From Fibrobacterales bacterium (lineage in GTDB: Bacteria > Fibrobacterota > Fibrobacteria > Fibrobacterales > JAOPTW01), in assembly GCA_051532035.1 (NCBI GenBank), contig JAOPTW010000032.1:1-64000 (forward strand): a DNA stretch of 64,000 nucleotides, read 5' to 3'. The notes under the pieces are model-generated. The model searched no databases and was not told the origin of the DNA. It saw only the letters and a program-made list of their open reading frames with translations. The position numbers and the translations under genes are program-made. Positions within the stretch are counted from its first letter, which is position 1. Every line of letters begins with the position of its first letter. Shown here in pieces: positions 30,524 through 41,078 of the stretch.

Positions 30524-31976
30524 TGTAGTTTTTATTCTGGTACAGAGTCTCTCGGCATCAATGGAGACTGCACTCCCCAATATCCCAACAGCTGAGCTCT
30601 TGGGTCACGGAATGTATCAGGTAAAAGGGCAACTCTCATACGGAACTATCAAAAAAGAAGGGAGTGATGAAACAATCTACCCTTACAATACTGGTGTCTA
30701 TTTTGGCCTCTTTAACCGTGGTGAGGTTGGCATAAACTATGGACGAAGCGTCTCCCTTTTTCTCAAAGCACAACTGCTGCGAGAAGAAACCTTTTTACCA
30801 TCACTCTCATTTGGCGCACAAGATGTACTTGCATCAAGAGAAGCCCATTTTTATGGGCTGCCCGACTCCTTACACAACGATTTTGAAGGTCAAGTATTTG
30901 TCGCTCTGACCAAAAATATTTTGGGGATGACTAAATTTCACACCGGAGTTACTATCGCTCCTGACCTCAACCAGGGAAGTGCAGACATCTATGTCGGCGT
31001 TGAACAATCCCTCGCTAGTGGTTTCAGTATTGACATCGAAGCGTATCAACGAAAAGAGAAGTGGCATCAGAGTCTAGGTCTCTCGTGGCGCTACCACAAT
31101 GATTTTAGAATGTCGATTGGCATGGCCGAAGTAAAAGAGTGGTTCTATCAAAATGATGAGATTGGATTTCACACCACTGCTGAACCAACGCGTGCCAGTC
31201 TCTTTGGCACCCCAACACTCTATGCGAGTATTAGCATATCAGGCTGGATGAAAGAAGATGAGACGAGTACTATGACAATGCAAATTGATCAGCTCGAACA
31301 GAAACAAACAGCGATCCTTACTACAAACGACAATGTCACTGCCCGCCTTAATCGAGCAGAAGAACAACTGCTCAGCCTTGTTGGCCCCAAAGCAGAAGAG
31401 ATGCGCATTCAAGAAAAAGAGATTGAGTCAGTTATAAAAGAGATTATTGCACTCTACAAATCTCCTGCCTATGACCCTAAAAAAATCCAGTCTCTTCAAG
31501 ACAGTATCTTAAGCTTTAAAGATGCAAGCACCCGAACACTCACCAACTTAACCGAACAACAAACTATTGATCCCGATTTTAGAATCCATGCTATTAAAAT
31601 AGTAGGCTACAGCAAATCAGCTGCCTTTGTACCCCCTCTAAAAGCAGCATTGCGCAGCACCCATACCGAAGTGAAGCGTGAAGCCATATTTGCCCTCAGC
31701 CATATTGGAACACGAAATGCGTATAACGCCATTAAGCCTATGACCCAAGACAGTGATCTACAAGTGGTTGAAACGGCAAAACAGGTACTGGGTTCTATGG
31801 ATCGTTCAACAGTTATTGACAACACCATAACAGCTATCACCACAACACCAGACAATACAACAACACCTGACACAGTACAACAACCTCTCAGTTTAGAAGA
31901 ACTCAATGTAGAGATTATCAAACTGCGTACCGAAATTGATTCACTTAAAACTGTACCAACAAAAGAGAAACCCTAA
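30501..31976 (+). CDS. Exported protein: YjbH-like beta-strand N-terminus, coiled coil and HEAT repeats
   Basis: Signal peptide, PTAELL, alternating beta strands, C-terminal VKREAIFALSHIG / VVETAKQVL HEAT pattern. Confidence 0.6.
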   Translation: MKWYSYVSVVFILVQSLSASMETALPNIPTAELLGHGMYQVKGQLSYGTIKKEGSDETIYPYNTGVYFGLFNRGEVGINYGRSVSLFLKAQLLREETFLPSLSFGAQDVLASREAHFYGLPDSLHNDFEGQVFVALTKNILGMTKFHTGVTIAPDLNQGSADIYVGVEQSLASGFSIDIEAYQRKEKWHQSLGLSWRYHNDFRMSIGMAEVKEWFYQNDEIGFHTTAEPTRASLFGTPTLYASISISGWMKEDETSTMTMQIDQLEQKQTAILTTNDNVTARLNRAEEQLLSLVGPKAEEMRIQEKEIESVIKEIIALYKSPAYDPKKIQSLQDSILSFKDASTRTLTNLTEQQTIDPDFRIHAIKIVGYSKSAAFVPPLKAALRSTHTEVKREAIFALSHIGTRNAYNAIKPMTQDSDLQVVETAKQVLGSMDRSTVIDNTITAITTTPDNTTTPDTVQQPLSLEELNVEIIKLRTEIDSLKTVPTKEKP

Positions 31977-33023
31977 TTGAAACTCAGTGACTTTGACTAC
32001 TCCTTCCCCCAAGAACTAATAGCAACCGAAGCCCAGGAGCGCGGCACCTCTAGTATACTTATCGCGACTCCAAGTACTACAGATCTTCATATTATCAAGG
32101 CCTGTGATATACTCTCACTCATTCAGCCCGAAGATTGTTTAGTAGTAAACAATACTAAAGTGATTCCTGCACGGCTTAAAGGTACACGCAGTAGTGGGGG
32201 CAAAGTTGAAATACTCCTTATTGAACCCAAGCCTGAACGCGAAGGGCTCTGCTGGGAAGCCTGGGTAAAGCCTGGCAAGGCATTTAAAGAAGGGGCAGAA
32301 GTAACGCTCGCCGGCATGTCTGCGCGAGTGGAAGCAATCCAAGATGATGGTTCACGTATTCTCTCATTTGCTACTGACTATACAACATTTTCAGCAGCTA
32401 TACAAAAAGAAGGCCATGTTCCTCTTCCCCCTTATATTAATCGAGAATCTACAGACCATGATAAGGAGAGTTATCAAACGATATTTGCAAAGCATGAAGG
32501 AGCAGTAGCTGCACCAACAGCGAGTCTCCATTTTTCGGAAGAGATGATAGAAGTACTTAAAAGCAAAGGAACCTCAATAGCAGAAGTGACATTGCATGTT
32601 GGACCGGGAACTTTTTCAAACATAGAACATGATGATTTTACAAAACACACCATGCACGGTGAGCGCTACGAAATATCCTCTGAAAATGCTGACCGCATAA
32701 ATAGTTGTAAAGCGAACGGTGGACGTATTATAACTGTTGGCACCACAAGTACCCGTGTTCTCGAGACTGTTGCAGACTCAAATGGCATAGTACACCCGGG
32801 CTCGGGAGTTACTCACGCCTATATTTACCCAGGATATCAATGGAAGGTGGTCACGGGTCTCCTTACAAATTTTCACTGGCCCAAATCGTCATTGGTTCTA
32901 TTAGTTGCTTCATTTTATGGAAGCGACAAGACCAAAGCGGCCTATTCCTACGCAATAGAACACTCTATGAAACTTTTTTCTTACGGAGATGGGATGCTTA
33001 TATTACCGAATATCCAGTCGTAG
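31977..33023 (+). CDS. queA: S-adenosylmethionine:tRNA ribosyltransferase-isomerase
   Basis: LSDFDY, NNTKVIPARL, GHVPLPPYI, AVAAPTASLHF, TLHVGPGTF, TNFHWPKS, FSYGDGM. Confidence 0.96.
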   Translation: MKLSDFDYSFPQELIATEAQERGTSSILIATPSTTDLHIIKACDILSLIQPEDCLVVNNTKVIPARLKGTRSSGGKVEILLIEPKPEREGLCWEAWVKPGKAFKEGAEVTLAGMSARVEAIQDDGSRILSFATDYTTFSAAIQKEGHVPLPPYINRESTDHDKESYQTIFAKHEGAVAAPTASLHFSEEMIEVLKSKGTSIAEVTLHVGPGTFSNIEHDDFTKHTMHGERYEISSENADRINSCKANGGRIITVGTTSTRVLETVADSNGIVHPGSGVTHAYIYPGYQWKVVTGLLTNFHWPKSSLVLLVASFYGSDKTKAAYSYAIEHSMKLFSYGDGMLILPNIQS

Positions 33024-33032
33024 CGTGATGCA

Positions 33033-36000
33033 TTATGGAAGTATAGTCATATACCCCGTAAAAGATTTGTTACCCACAATTATCTCATAGAAATAATTAC
33101 CACCTTGAAGCCTGTGACCGTATTGGTTCACATCAAAATAGATGGTATTACTATATGGAAGTCTCTCTCCATGTACTTTTTCTCCATTGCTCCGATACAT
33201 ATTAAATACCATACTGCTTTCATCAAGGGCACTCGCTGTTTGAATAACAATAGTAGTCGTGCTCACAACAGGGTTAGGATAATTATACGCTTTTTCCACA
33301 TGGGCATCATGATACTCTTCGGGATCAAGTTCATGTTTACTCACAATAAGTGTATAAGCATTACCACCTGAGATAGAAAATGCAACCCGTGCCCCTATCA
33401 CCTCTGTAAGTTTAGTATACCGCGCCATATAAACCCGATACCCTAAAGCACGTACAGATTCTATTCCATCAAATTCTAAAAATCCTTCTGCGCCCCCTCC
33501 CAATGTGGTTGACAAAATACAGTCCCAAGAATACATATCTTGACCGCTTGCTTGAATATCTGTGCGAAGTAATTGTGATTCACGAGCAAACGACATATAG
33601 GTTATATCACCTATAGGCAATGGGATTTCTGGTTTATCATATTTATCAAAGCCAATCTCTGCATCTCTCATTACACCAACCTCATTCAATTCATCACTGA
33701 AAAGACCATTACTCATAGTCATTTTAATTTGCATTTTCCACTCATCAATATCTATTCCTTTTTTGTATGTGAGATGTGTTGCAAGATATTGATCAGACTC
33801 AAAGAAAGGCTTATTGTCTATTGTCACACGCTGTGGATGACGCGTGTAGACCCAATAGCCCTTATTTGGTTTTAGATAATTTGCCAAATAATATCGACCT
33901 TTTTGCCAAGTAATAAATTCGAGTTCTTCGCTAAAAGCAGAAACAGGTATGTCATAAGTATAGGGGTTTCCGATTTGATTCCAACCAGTTCCATTCCACA
34001 ACAGATCCACTTCTACAGGCTCTCGAGCAAACTCAGTGGGTATGATCATGTCAGCAAGAGTAATCACCCAACTTGCTTGTCCTGGTTCAATGACACTCAA
34101 TTCTTGACCTGTACGATATTTTTCATGTACTCCGACACTCCGCCCTTCTTCATACCATTTAAATAACGCCCCAGATACACCATTCTTCGTTGGAACAAAC
34201 TCACCTCCTCCAAAAGTCATCATATGCCATTGATCTTTTTTAACTGAAAGCATATTCAAAGAATCAACAGTAAATACAGTATCAATAATAAATTGGGTTG
34301 AATCAAAATCTAGTGCATTATCAAGACTCACAATACTTCCATGAACATAATAAGTCCCTGCGGCCATAGGATAAAAATCGGTATACGATTGGGTATAGTG
34401 ATCTGAAGTTCGAATGATACTCTCTGTTTCTAAATCGTAAACGGTAAACTCAAAGACAACATTTTTTGATTCAACAAGCGCACCAGAAATAAACCAAAGT
34501 CTAAAAGCTGAACCATTTTGTTCTATAGAAATATTTAGTGAAGGGTAATTGTCTGAGTTAATCACAATAGGATCACTCATACCAAGCCCCTCTTGAGTTT
34601 GTGCAATGAAATAGGTATAACCTCCCTGTATATAGGTGACCTTCCCCGGTTCAAGAGAATGGTATTCTAATTCAGAAGGCATAAAACCTTCATTATTATC
34701 AGCAACATTTGACACTTTGAACGCGCCTGCTCCCGTTTGAAGCTGCGCTAATTTCCGAGTAAGTATTTTAAACTCCCTCCAGTTGTTCTCTGCTGTAAAA
34801 TAGGCAATACCTTCACCACTAATAATATCGATGGCAGGAGGTGGTGATGGTGGCAATTGAGGCAAAGAAACTGAACCTTCAATTTTCACCGACGTAACTA
34901 CTATATCATTCAGCTTATTCCCTGATACAAATGATTCCTGTGGGATAAAGAGTTTTACATTATCAAAATAGTCGGCATTAAAACGCCGGGCACTCATTCC
35001 TACAGCAAAAACCTGTTCTTTACTCAATACAACTGTCACCTGATTATCTGCTCCAATGCTCATTTGATCTTGAGTTATATAGACACACTCACTACTATAC
35101 TTATTATACCAATCAACTGAAAAAGTCTCAGAGGCACCCATAATTGCAACAAAGCTATGTGATTCTCCTTTAAAGTCTACCAACTCACTTTGTGAAAGAA
35201 TAGTAATAGGTTGAGATAACTTAATTACAAGCTTCTCTAGAGATCCATTATAGTGTGCGTTTGAAACCCAAGTCGCACCTGAATCAATAATAAAAGAAAG
35301 TTTCACTTCTTCACTTGATGAACTCATGAGCTCTTCAATCTTTGTTTCTGAGCTGGGGGTAATCTCAACAGATTGCGATTCCTCATTATGCCCACTACTT
35401 GAAGAAAGTGAAACTTTCTGATGTGTACTACTTGAAAAAATTAACGTTGATGAAGAGATAGCACTCGACTCAAGAGCGTCACCACTTGAAACACCACCCA
35501 ACTCACTCGATGGCATAGAGGCACTTGATGAGGACATAAAAGAACTTGAAATATCTGAAGGTACTGCGCTTGATGAATAAATAGCTGCAGAGGAAGAAAT
35601 GGCACTCGACTCAGGAGGATCATTACTTGAAACACCACCCATCTCACTCGATGACATAGAGGTACTTGATGAGGACATATAAGAACTTGAAATATCTGAA
35701 GGTGCGTCGCTTGATGAATAAATAGTAGCAGATGAAGAAATAGCGCTCGACTCCACAACATCACTACTAGAAGAACGCTCACTTGAATATTCATACATAC
35801 TACTTGATGATTCTGGGAATCCCTGTGAAGAGCTTTCTCTTGGAAAATACCCATTAACAACAAGAGGAATCAATGGCCCCATCCTCACTTTGTGATGTTT
35901 TTTCACTCTGTGATGCTTATTCATAGGCCTATTGTTAAAAACCACATAATATTTTTCTTGAGGAGTATAGTGATCTCTGAATACCAATGCTACAGAATCA

Positions 36001-36290
36001 TCAAGAGTAATCCTAATTATTCGTTTTTTTAAAACATGCTTTCTTGGTAGCGGTATACAAAGTATTGGTTCTATTTTTTTATGACTTAACACAATACAGA
36101 GTTCAGACTTTTTTTTGTCTGAAAAAGATAATCCTCGTGAATTTTTGAGCTCAATACTATTCTCTTGATACTCATAACGCGCCCCTATATGGGTGTCATG
36201 AGTGTCATATTTTTTATGACTACTTCCAAAAGAATTTGCTGGTATTACTATCAGTAGTATTCCTATCATTATGAAAAGTATCCTTTTCAT
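33033..36290 (-). CDS. Large secreted protein with Ser-rich repeats and a T9SS-type C-terminal sorting domain
   Basis: Signal peptide, poly-Ser region, GWNQIGNPY motif, C-terminal YNYPNPV...GNYFYEI..TGYMTIL. Confidence 0.7.
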   Translation of the reverse strand: MKRILFIMIGILLIVIPANSFGSSHKKYDTHDTHIGARYEYQENSIELKNSRGLSFSDKKKSELCIVLSHKKIEPILCIPLPRKHVLKKRIIRITLDDSVALVFRDHYTPQEKYYVVFNNRPMNKHHRVKKHHKVRMGPLIPLVVNGYFPRESSSQGFPESSSSMYEYSSERSSSSDVVESSAISSSATIYSSSDAPSDISSSYMSSSSTSMSSSEMGGVSSNDPPESSAISSSAAIYSSSAVPSDISSSFMSSSSASMPSSELGGVSSGDALESSAISSSTLIFSSSTHQKVSLSSSSGHNEESQSVEITPSSETKIEELMSSSSEEVKLSFIIDSGATWVSNAHYNGSLEKLVIKLSQPITILSQSELVDFKGESHSFVAIMGASETFSVDWYNKYSSECVYITQDQMSIGADNQVTVVLSKEQVFAVGMSARRFNADYFDNVKLFIPQESFVSGNKLNDIVVTSVKIEGSVSLPQLPPSPPPAIDIISGEGIAYFTAENNWREFKILTRKLAQLQTGAGAFKVSNVADNNEGFMPSELEYHSLEPGKVTYIQGGYTYFIAQTQEGLGMSDPIVINSDNYPSLNISIEQNGSAFRLWFISGALVESKNVVFEFTVYDLETESIIRTSDHYTQSYTDFYPMAAGTYYVHGSIVSLDNALDFDSTQFIIDTVFTVDSLNMLSVKKDQWHMMTFGGGEFVPTKNGVSGALFKWYEEGRSVGVHEKYRTGQELSVIEPGQASWVITLADMIIPTEFAREPVEVDLLWNGTGWNQIGNPYTYDIPVSAFSEELEFITWQKGRYYLANYLKPNKGYWVYTRHPQRVTIDNKPFFESDQYLATHLTYKKGIDIDEWKMQIKMTMSNGLFSDELNEVGVMRDAEIGFDKYDKPEIPLPIGDITYMSFARESQLLRTDIQASGQDMYSWDCILSTTLGGGAEGFLEFDGIESVRALGYRVYMARYTKLTEVIGARVAFSISGGNAYTLIVSKHELDPEEYHDAHVEKAYNYPNPVVSTTTIVIQTASALDESSMVFNMYRSNGEKVHGERLPYSNTIYFDVNQYGHRLQGGNYFYEIIVGNKSFTGYMTILP
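35449..35760. repeat. 141-bp (47-aa) tandem repeat, about 2.2 copies, in the Ser-rich region
   Basis: GC(A/G)CTCGACTC recurs at 35461, 35602 and 35743; unit ESSAISSSATIYSSSDAPSDISSSYMSSSSTSMSSSEMGGVSSNDPP. Confidence 0.9.
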
Positions 36291-36520
36291 AATGCGCCCC
36301 CACGCTTCTCATTCAGTTATCGGGATCTCATATCCCTCTATTTATTAAAAATATATTTTCCACTATAGTTATTCCACTATATAATACATCACAATTTTTA
36401 TTACGGAAATGTATTTCTTATGCATCGTAAAAAAGCTCATTAAGCAAAATAAAAGTATGTGTATAAAATTTTGACATGACTAATTTTTTGGCACCACAGA
36501 GAATGCACTACTTTTCAAGA

Positions 36521-38848
36521 TTACATCTTAAAAAAGCTTTCAATTTCTGATTCAAGCTGTTCCATTTTAAATGGCTTAGGTAGATAGCTATTTATGCCAT
36601 GGCGCTTACATTCGTTATGCATATACATTTCTTCTCGTGCAGAAAGTGCAATGATAGGAATATGTTTAAACACATCTGACTTTTTTTCTCGAAGACGAAT
36701 TTCCAGAGCCGCTTCAAACCCATTCATTACCGGCATCTGAATATCCATCAAAATAAGGTCATACTTGTTTTGCATCCACTCCTTAACACATTCAGAGCCA
36801 TTTCCCACAATTCGAAATTTATGATTTAAGTTTTCGAGTGTTTTTGAAATTATTTTTTGATTCACAAGATCATCTTCGGCAACGAGTACCGAAAGGCCTT
36901 TCGTTATTGTCGGAATCTCATGAGCAGGAAGTTCTTCATAATGGCATTCATCACCCAGCCCCTGCTCAATTACCATATGATACTCAGTACCAATTGTATC
37001 ACCATTAAAATCGAGAGGCTCATACCATACTTGTGCATTTACCAACTCTACTAACTGTACAAAGAGATAATTTTCAGCCACCTTCACATCACTCTCATCA
37101 TGAATATTTTTTTCTTTGGTAATACTTAAGAACTCACCTGCTGGTGTTGTTCCCGAATCTTGAATGATAAAATGAACTTCAATGGTACCATCTATCGTCT
37201 CTTCGACTTCACAAATAAGTTTTACAAACCCATGAGAGGTATATTTAATAGAAAGTGAAATCAAACGAGTGATTAAAAACATAACGCGTTTAGCATCACC
37301 GACCAAATAATTCTGAACTCTTTTGGGAAGAAGTTTCTCAAAACGAAGCCCCTTTACAATAGCCAACTTCTCTAATGAACCGAGTACTCCATTTACTTCA
37401 TATAAAAAATCATATGGGTCTTTTTTAATCTGCAAAAACCGGCCATCATTTATAGCAACCTCAACAAAGTCGTTAACAACCGACATGATCTTTTGCATTG
37501 CCTGATCTGCAGAGTCGAGCAATTCATGTTGATGTGGTGTTTTTTTAGTGCGCAGCAGTAATTCAATGGCCCCGACAACACCATTAATTGGGGTGCGAAG
37601 TTCATGACTAATATTTCTCAGAAACATCTGTCGTTGACTATTTAAGGCATATTTTGCCTGCATATCTAATACGGCATCACGAATATCTTTTTGAATCATA
37701 CTAAAAGAAAAGAGCGTCACCTGGACAACCAGAAGTATTACCACCCATAAATAATTGACCTCACCATAAGGAAACACTCCTAAAAGCAGACCAAAATAGT
37801 AAAGATGGAGAAATGCCATTAATGCTATTGAGAGAAGATAGCGCACTGCATTATATCTATTTATTTTAAAGTAGAGTATCCCCGCTAGAATCATCCATGA
37901 ATAAGAGACTACAGACAAAACCAGCTGCGGGTAAAAAAGATGTTCTCTCGCATCTGTCAGAGCAACAAAAGCAGTAATGAGCCATAGAGATATTGTCACT
38001 GCAAGAAAATAGATATGCACTTTTTTACGAGATAATTTTTGTAAAAAATGCTTAGTAAAGAGCAGAAAAAGTATGGTCATTGCTGCCTGCAACACAGGGA
38101 GAGCATTACTCCATCCTCCATTTATATAGGGCATAAAGTAAGGAACAAAGCCAGAGTATATCATGGTTGAAGAGACAAACAACAAAATGCCTCCAAGGTA
38201 GAATACAAATCTCATTGCCCTAAAAATAGAGGCGATAATCCCATTCACGATCAGAACACCAATCAGCATAGACAATACAAAGAGATACTTTTTACTTTCA
38301 CCATTAAGAAAATCCTTATCGTAGCTCTCACTATGTACGATAAAACCCGCTCTGAACAGATAGTGGTTTACAGTCCGAGTAAAAACTGTCACCGTTTCAC
38401 CGGCATTCATCGTGAAGCGGATACCATTCCCCACTGCAACCTGCCGTTCAGCATATGGAAGGACCCCACCTGATTTAAAATGCTGTACCGAGGTATCTTC
38501 ACGCTCCACATAATAATCAAGCTCAGTATCACTCCCCATAATACGATGCAGAACAAAAGCCTGCCCTTGGAGCGTTGTATTTTTGAGATAAAACTTTGTC
38601 CAGAGTGCCTGAGACAAATGACGTGGGATATCCAGAGGTGATAACCGATGAAAGGAGTCACGAAGAGGAGCAACATCGTCAAAGGTCATTTTTTCTAATG
38701 TTTCTGTGTAAAAATAGAGATTACGCTCTGATATTAAATCATGCTCATTGTTTATAAATGAGAAGGTGACTTGGCCAAATACTCCACTACTACAGAGCAG
38801 AGCAACAAGAACACACCTTAATAACCCTGTTTTCGACGAAAAATACAC
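36521..38848 (-). CDS. Hybrid sensor: 7TMR-DISM-like input, HisKA, degenerate HATPase, receiver domain
   Basis: Periplasmic domain plus about 7 TMs, SHELRTPINGV, VLVAEDDLVNQ, LMDIQMPVMNG, YLPKPF. Confidence 0.88.
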   Translation of the reverse strand: MYFSSKTGLLRCVLVALLCSSGVFGQVTFSFINNEHDLISERNLYFYTETLEKMTFDDVAPLRDSFHRLSPLDIPRHLSQALWTKFYLKNTTLQGQAFVLHRIMGSDTELDYYVEREDTSVQHFKSGGVLPYAERQVAVGNGIRFTMNAGETVTVFTRTVNHYLFRAGFIVHSESYDKDFLNGESKKYLFVLSMLIGVLIVNGIIASIFRAMRFVFYLGGILLFVSSTMIYSGFVPYFMPYINGGWSNALPVLQAAMTILFLLFTKHFLQKLSRKKVHIYFLAVTISLWLITAFVALTDAREHLFYPQLVLSVVSYSWMILAGILYFKINRYNAVRYLLSIALMAFLHLYYFGLLLGVFPYGEVNYLWVVILLVVQVTLFSFSMIQKDIRDAVLDMQAKYALNSQRQMFLRNISHELRTPINGVVGAIELLLRTKKTPHQHELLDSADQAMQKIMSVVNDFVEVAINDGRFLQIKKDPYDFLYEVNGVLGSLEKLAIVKGLRFEKLLPKRVQNYLVGDAKRVMFLITRLISLSIKYTSHGFVKLICEVEETIDGTIEVHFIIQDSGTTPAGEFLSITKEKNIHDESDVKVAENYLFVQLVELVNAQVWYEPLDFNGDTIGTEYHMVIEQGLGDECHYEELPAHEIPTITKGLSVLVAEDDLVNQKIISKTLENLNHKFRIVGNGSECVKEWMQNKYDLILMDIQMPVMNGFEAALEIRLREKKSDVFKHIPIIALSAREEMYMHNECKRHGINSYLPKPFKMEQLESEIESFFKM

Positions 38849-38930
38849 TCATGAGCCATAAAAAACAATTCTTTCCGATTGTACTACAATTACCAGAAAA
38901 AATCACCTTTTTTCAACAAAAACGACCCTT

Positions 38931-40001
38931 CTAATCCTCCTCAAACTCACTTTTTCGCACGTTGAATTCTCGAAATTCATTGATTAACAGTCGATCATTG
39001 GGCGCATAGGAGAGCGCCTTTTTAAGAAGCCTTAGACTGACATCAAATTCGGCCTTAGTTTCAAACTCATACGCTATATTTTTAAGCCCTTGTACCCCTT
39101 CAATACTTTTCGGTGCAGCCATACCATAATACTCTTCGGCACGGTCCCACCACTCAGCGTCATAGGCAAGATTGCCAATAAAAATAGAAGCATCGGTAAA
39201 GTCGGGTTTTGCAATCAACGCCTTTTGCAGGTATTCCATTGCAAGAAATGGTTTTTCACTCCGTGCAAGTACATCGGCAATCTTATAGAGAACCTCGTGA
39301 TTATCTGGCTCGATAGAAACCCCATCTTTATAAACAGATGCTGCAAGATCTAAATTACCAGACATGCGATAGAGGTCACCCATATAATAAAGATAGTCAA
39401 CCTCTTCGGGATTACGTCGATACGCCTCTCTCACGAGTTCAATCGCCCTATCAAACTCTTTTAAGCTTACATGTACTTCTGCAAGTTGATATACAATAGT
39501 AACATCCTCAGGCTCAAGTTTCTGGGCTTTTTCAAGAGCGCGCTGGGCCCCCACATAATCTTCTGTCTTTGCATAAGCCTCGGCAATATAGAGCCATGCA
39601 CCCACATTTTTAGGATCAAGAGCAAGTGCACGATGATACACTGCAATGCTTTCACCATACTGCCTTAAGTGATACAACACACCTGCAAGATTAAACAGTG
39701 CTGTAGTATTTGCACCTTTTGAATAGCGCACAGCTTTACGAAATGAAGCAGCAGCCTCGGGGAGTTTTTGTAAACGATAATAACAGTTACCAATATTAAC
39801 AGAGGTTGCTATTGGTGGTCCACCGCGCAACAAAGCTTTACGATAGAGGATAACTGCCTTATAGAACTTTCCACTGATATAGAGATTATTTGCTCGCTCA
39901 ATAACCTGGGCACTGTTTTGCGCAGCACCCGGTGCAGTATAACCCAACTGACTCATCGAAACAATGACGAGCATCAACAATAGCTTATTTATTTTACTCA
40001 T
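38931..40001 (-). CDS. Periplasmic TPR protein (TtpD-like)
   Basis: Signal peptide and multiple TPRs (ALALDPKNVGAW, LEPED, IEPDN); last gene of the TonB operon. Confidence 0.85.
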   Translation of the reverse strand: MSKINKLLLMLVIVSMSQLGYTAPGAAQNSAQVIERANNLYISGKFYKAVILYRKALLRGGPPIATSVNIGNCYYRLQKLPEAAASFRKAVRYSKGANTTALFNLAGVLYHLRQYGESIAVYHRALALDPKNVGAWLYIAEAYAKTEDYVGAQRALEKAQKLEPEDVTIVYQLAEVHVSLKEFDRAIELVREAYRRNPEEVDYLYYMGDLYRMSGNLDLAASVYKDGVSIEPDNHEVLYKIADVLARSEKPFLAMEYLQKALIAKPDFTDASIFIGNLAYDAEWWDRAEEYYGMAAPKSIEGVQGLKNIAYEFETKAEFDVSLRLLKKALSYAPNDRLLINEFREFNVRKSEFEED

Positions 40002-40003
40002 AA

Positions 40004-40654
40004 TTACTCGCTAAATCTAAATTCAAACTCTTTTTCCATGCCACAAAAAGGCACTGCTTCATTATCTCTCAGGGCAGGCTCAAAAGCACAATTTTGAATT
40101 GCCCGTATACTATTATTTCCAAGCCCCATACCAACAGGTTCTTCATTCAATATACGTACATCATAAGCGCCCCCCGAAACATCAATACAAAAACTCACGG
40201 TAACCGAAGCATTCACCTCAAATTCAATTATTGCCTCTGGTACACGCATTTCACACTGGGCAAGGGGGCGCGGTTTACTATCCACGTCACCACTCTGACC
40301 TCCCCCATCACCACGAGATTTATTGATCAAATCAAGAGAAACATTCGCACCACCTGCCCCTGCAACATCAAGATTCATAGCAAATCGAGGCCCGGATTTT
40401 ACATTTCTATGATTTGGTTTAGAACGTTTTGGTTTTCGACGTTCTTTCTTAGGTTTTGGCTTAGGCTTTTGAAGGTCAATTTTTTTAAGAACCAACTCCG
40501 TATTTTTTCTCTCTTTTGTTTTAAAGAGATCACCCTTTACTATTGAACTCACTATAGGCATTGAGAGAATCAGTAGCCCACTGAGTAGTGCAGCCAGAAT
40601 AACAAATAGTATGCGGGTCCCAAGATCTTTTCTTATAGGTTTTTTTCGACTCAT
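40004..40654 (-). CDS. tonB: TonB family energy transducer
   Basis: N-terminal TM, KPKPKPK spacer, C-terminal VTVSFCIDVSG..VRILNEEP..FEPALRD. Confidence 0.82.
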   Translation of the reverse strand: MSRKKPIRKDLGTRILFVILAALLSGLLILSMPIVSSIVKGDLFKTKERKNTELVLKKIDLQKPKPKPKKERRKPKRSKPNHRNVKSGPRFAMNLDVAGAGGANVSLDLINKSRGDGGGQSGDVDSKPRPLAQCEMRVPEAIIEFEVNASVTVSFCIDVSGGAYDVRILNEEPVGMGLGNNSIRAIQNCAFEPALRDNEAVPFCGMEKEFEFRFSE

Positions 40655-40661
40655 AGTGTAC

Positions 40662-41069
40662 CTACTTTGAAAGTGCTGCTATAGAAACTTTCTTGACTCC
40701 TGTCAGATTACATACATCTATCACATTAACCACAGCTCCCGTATTTGAATCTTGGTCAGCAATAAGTATCACTTCCCGTTCTGGATTTTTCGATATCATC
40801 TGACTCAGTACATCTTTCAAGGTGATGAGATCCACTTGACGCTCATTCACATGTACTGTACCTTCACGAGTAATTGCTATCATGATATTCTCTTTATTCA
40901 CTTCAGATGCCGACTTTGCCTGTGGCTTTGTAACATCAACACCAGTCTCTCTCGAAAAGCTACTGGTAACAATAAAAAATATTAAGAGAATAAATACCAT
41001 ATCCAGCATCGGTGCAATGTCGATATTAGCTGCTTTACGTTCTCTTTTTGGAAGTTCAAACTGATCCAT
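40662..41069 (-). CDS. exbD: ExbD biopolymer transport protein
   Basis: IDIAPMLDMVFILLIFFIVTSSF, ILIADQDS.TG. Confidence 0.92.
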   Translation of the reverse strand: MDQFELPKRERKAANIDIAPMLDMVFILLIFFIVTSSFSRETGVDVTKPQAKSASEVNKENIMIAITREGTVHVNERQVDLITLKDVLSQMISKNPEREVILIADQDSNTGAVVNVIDVCNLTGVKKVSIAALSK

Positions 41070-41078
41070 ACTTCTTCC

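Noticed and set aside
35449..35760. 141-bp repeats as a possible CRISPR array or DGR template/variable repeat
   Set aside because: In-frame coding tandem repeat without unique spacers; no cas or reverse transcriptase gene in the window
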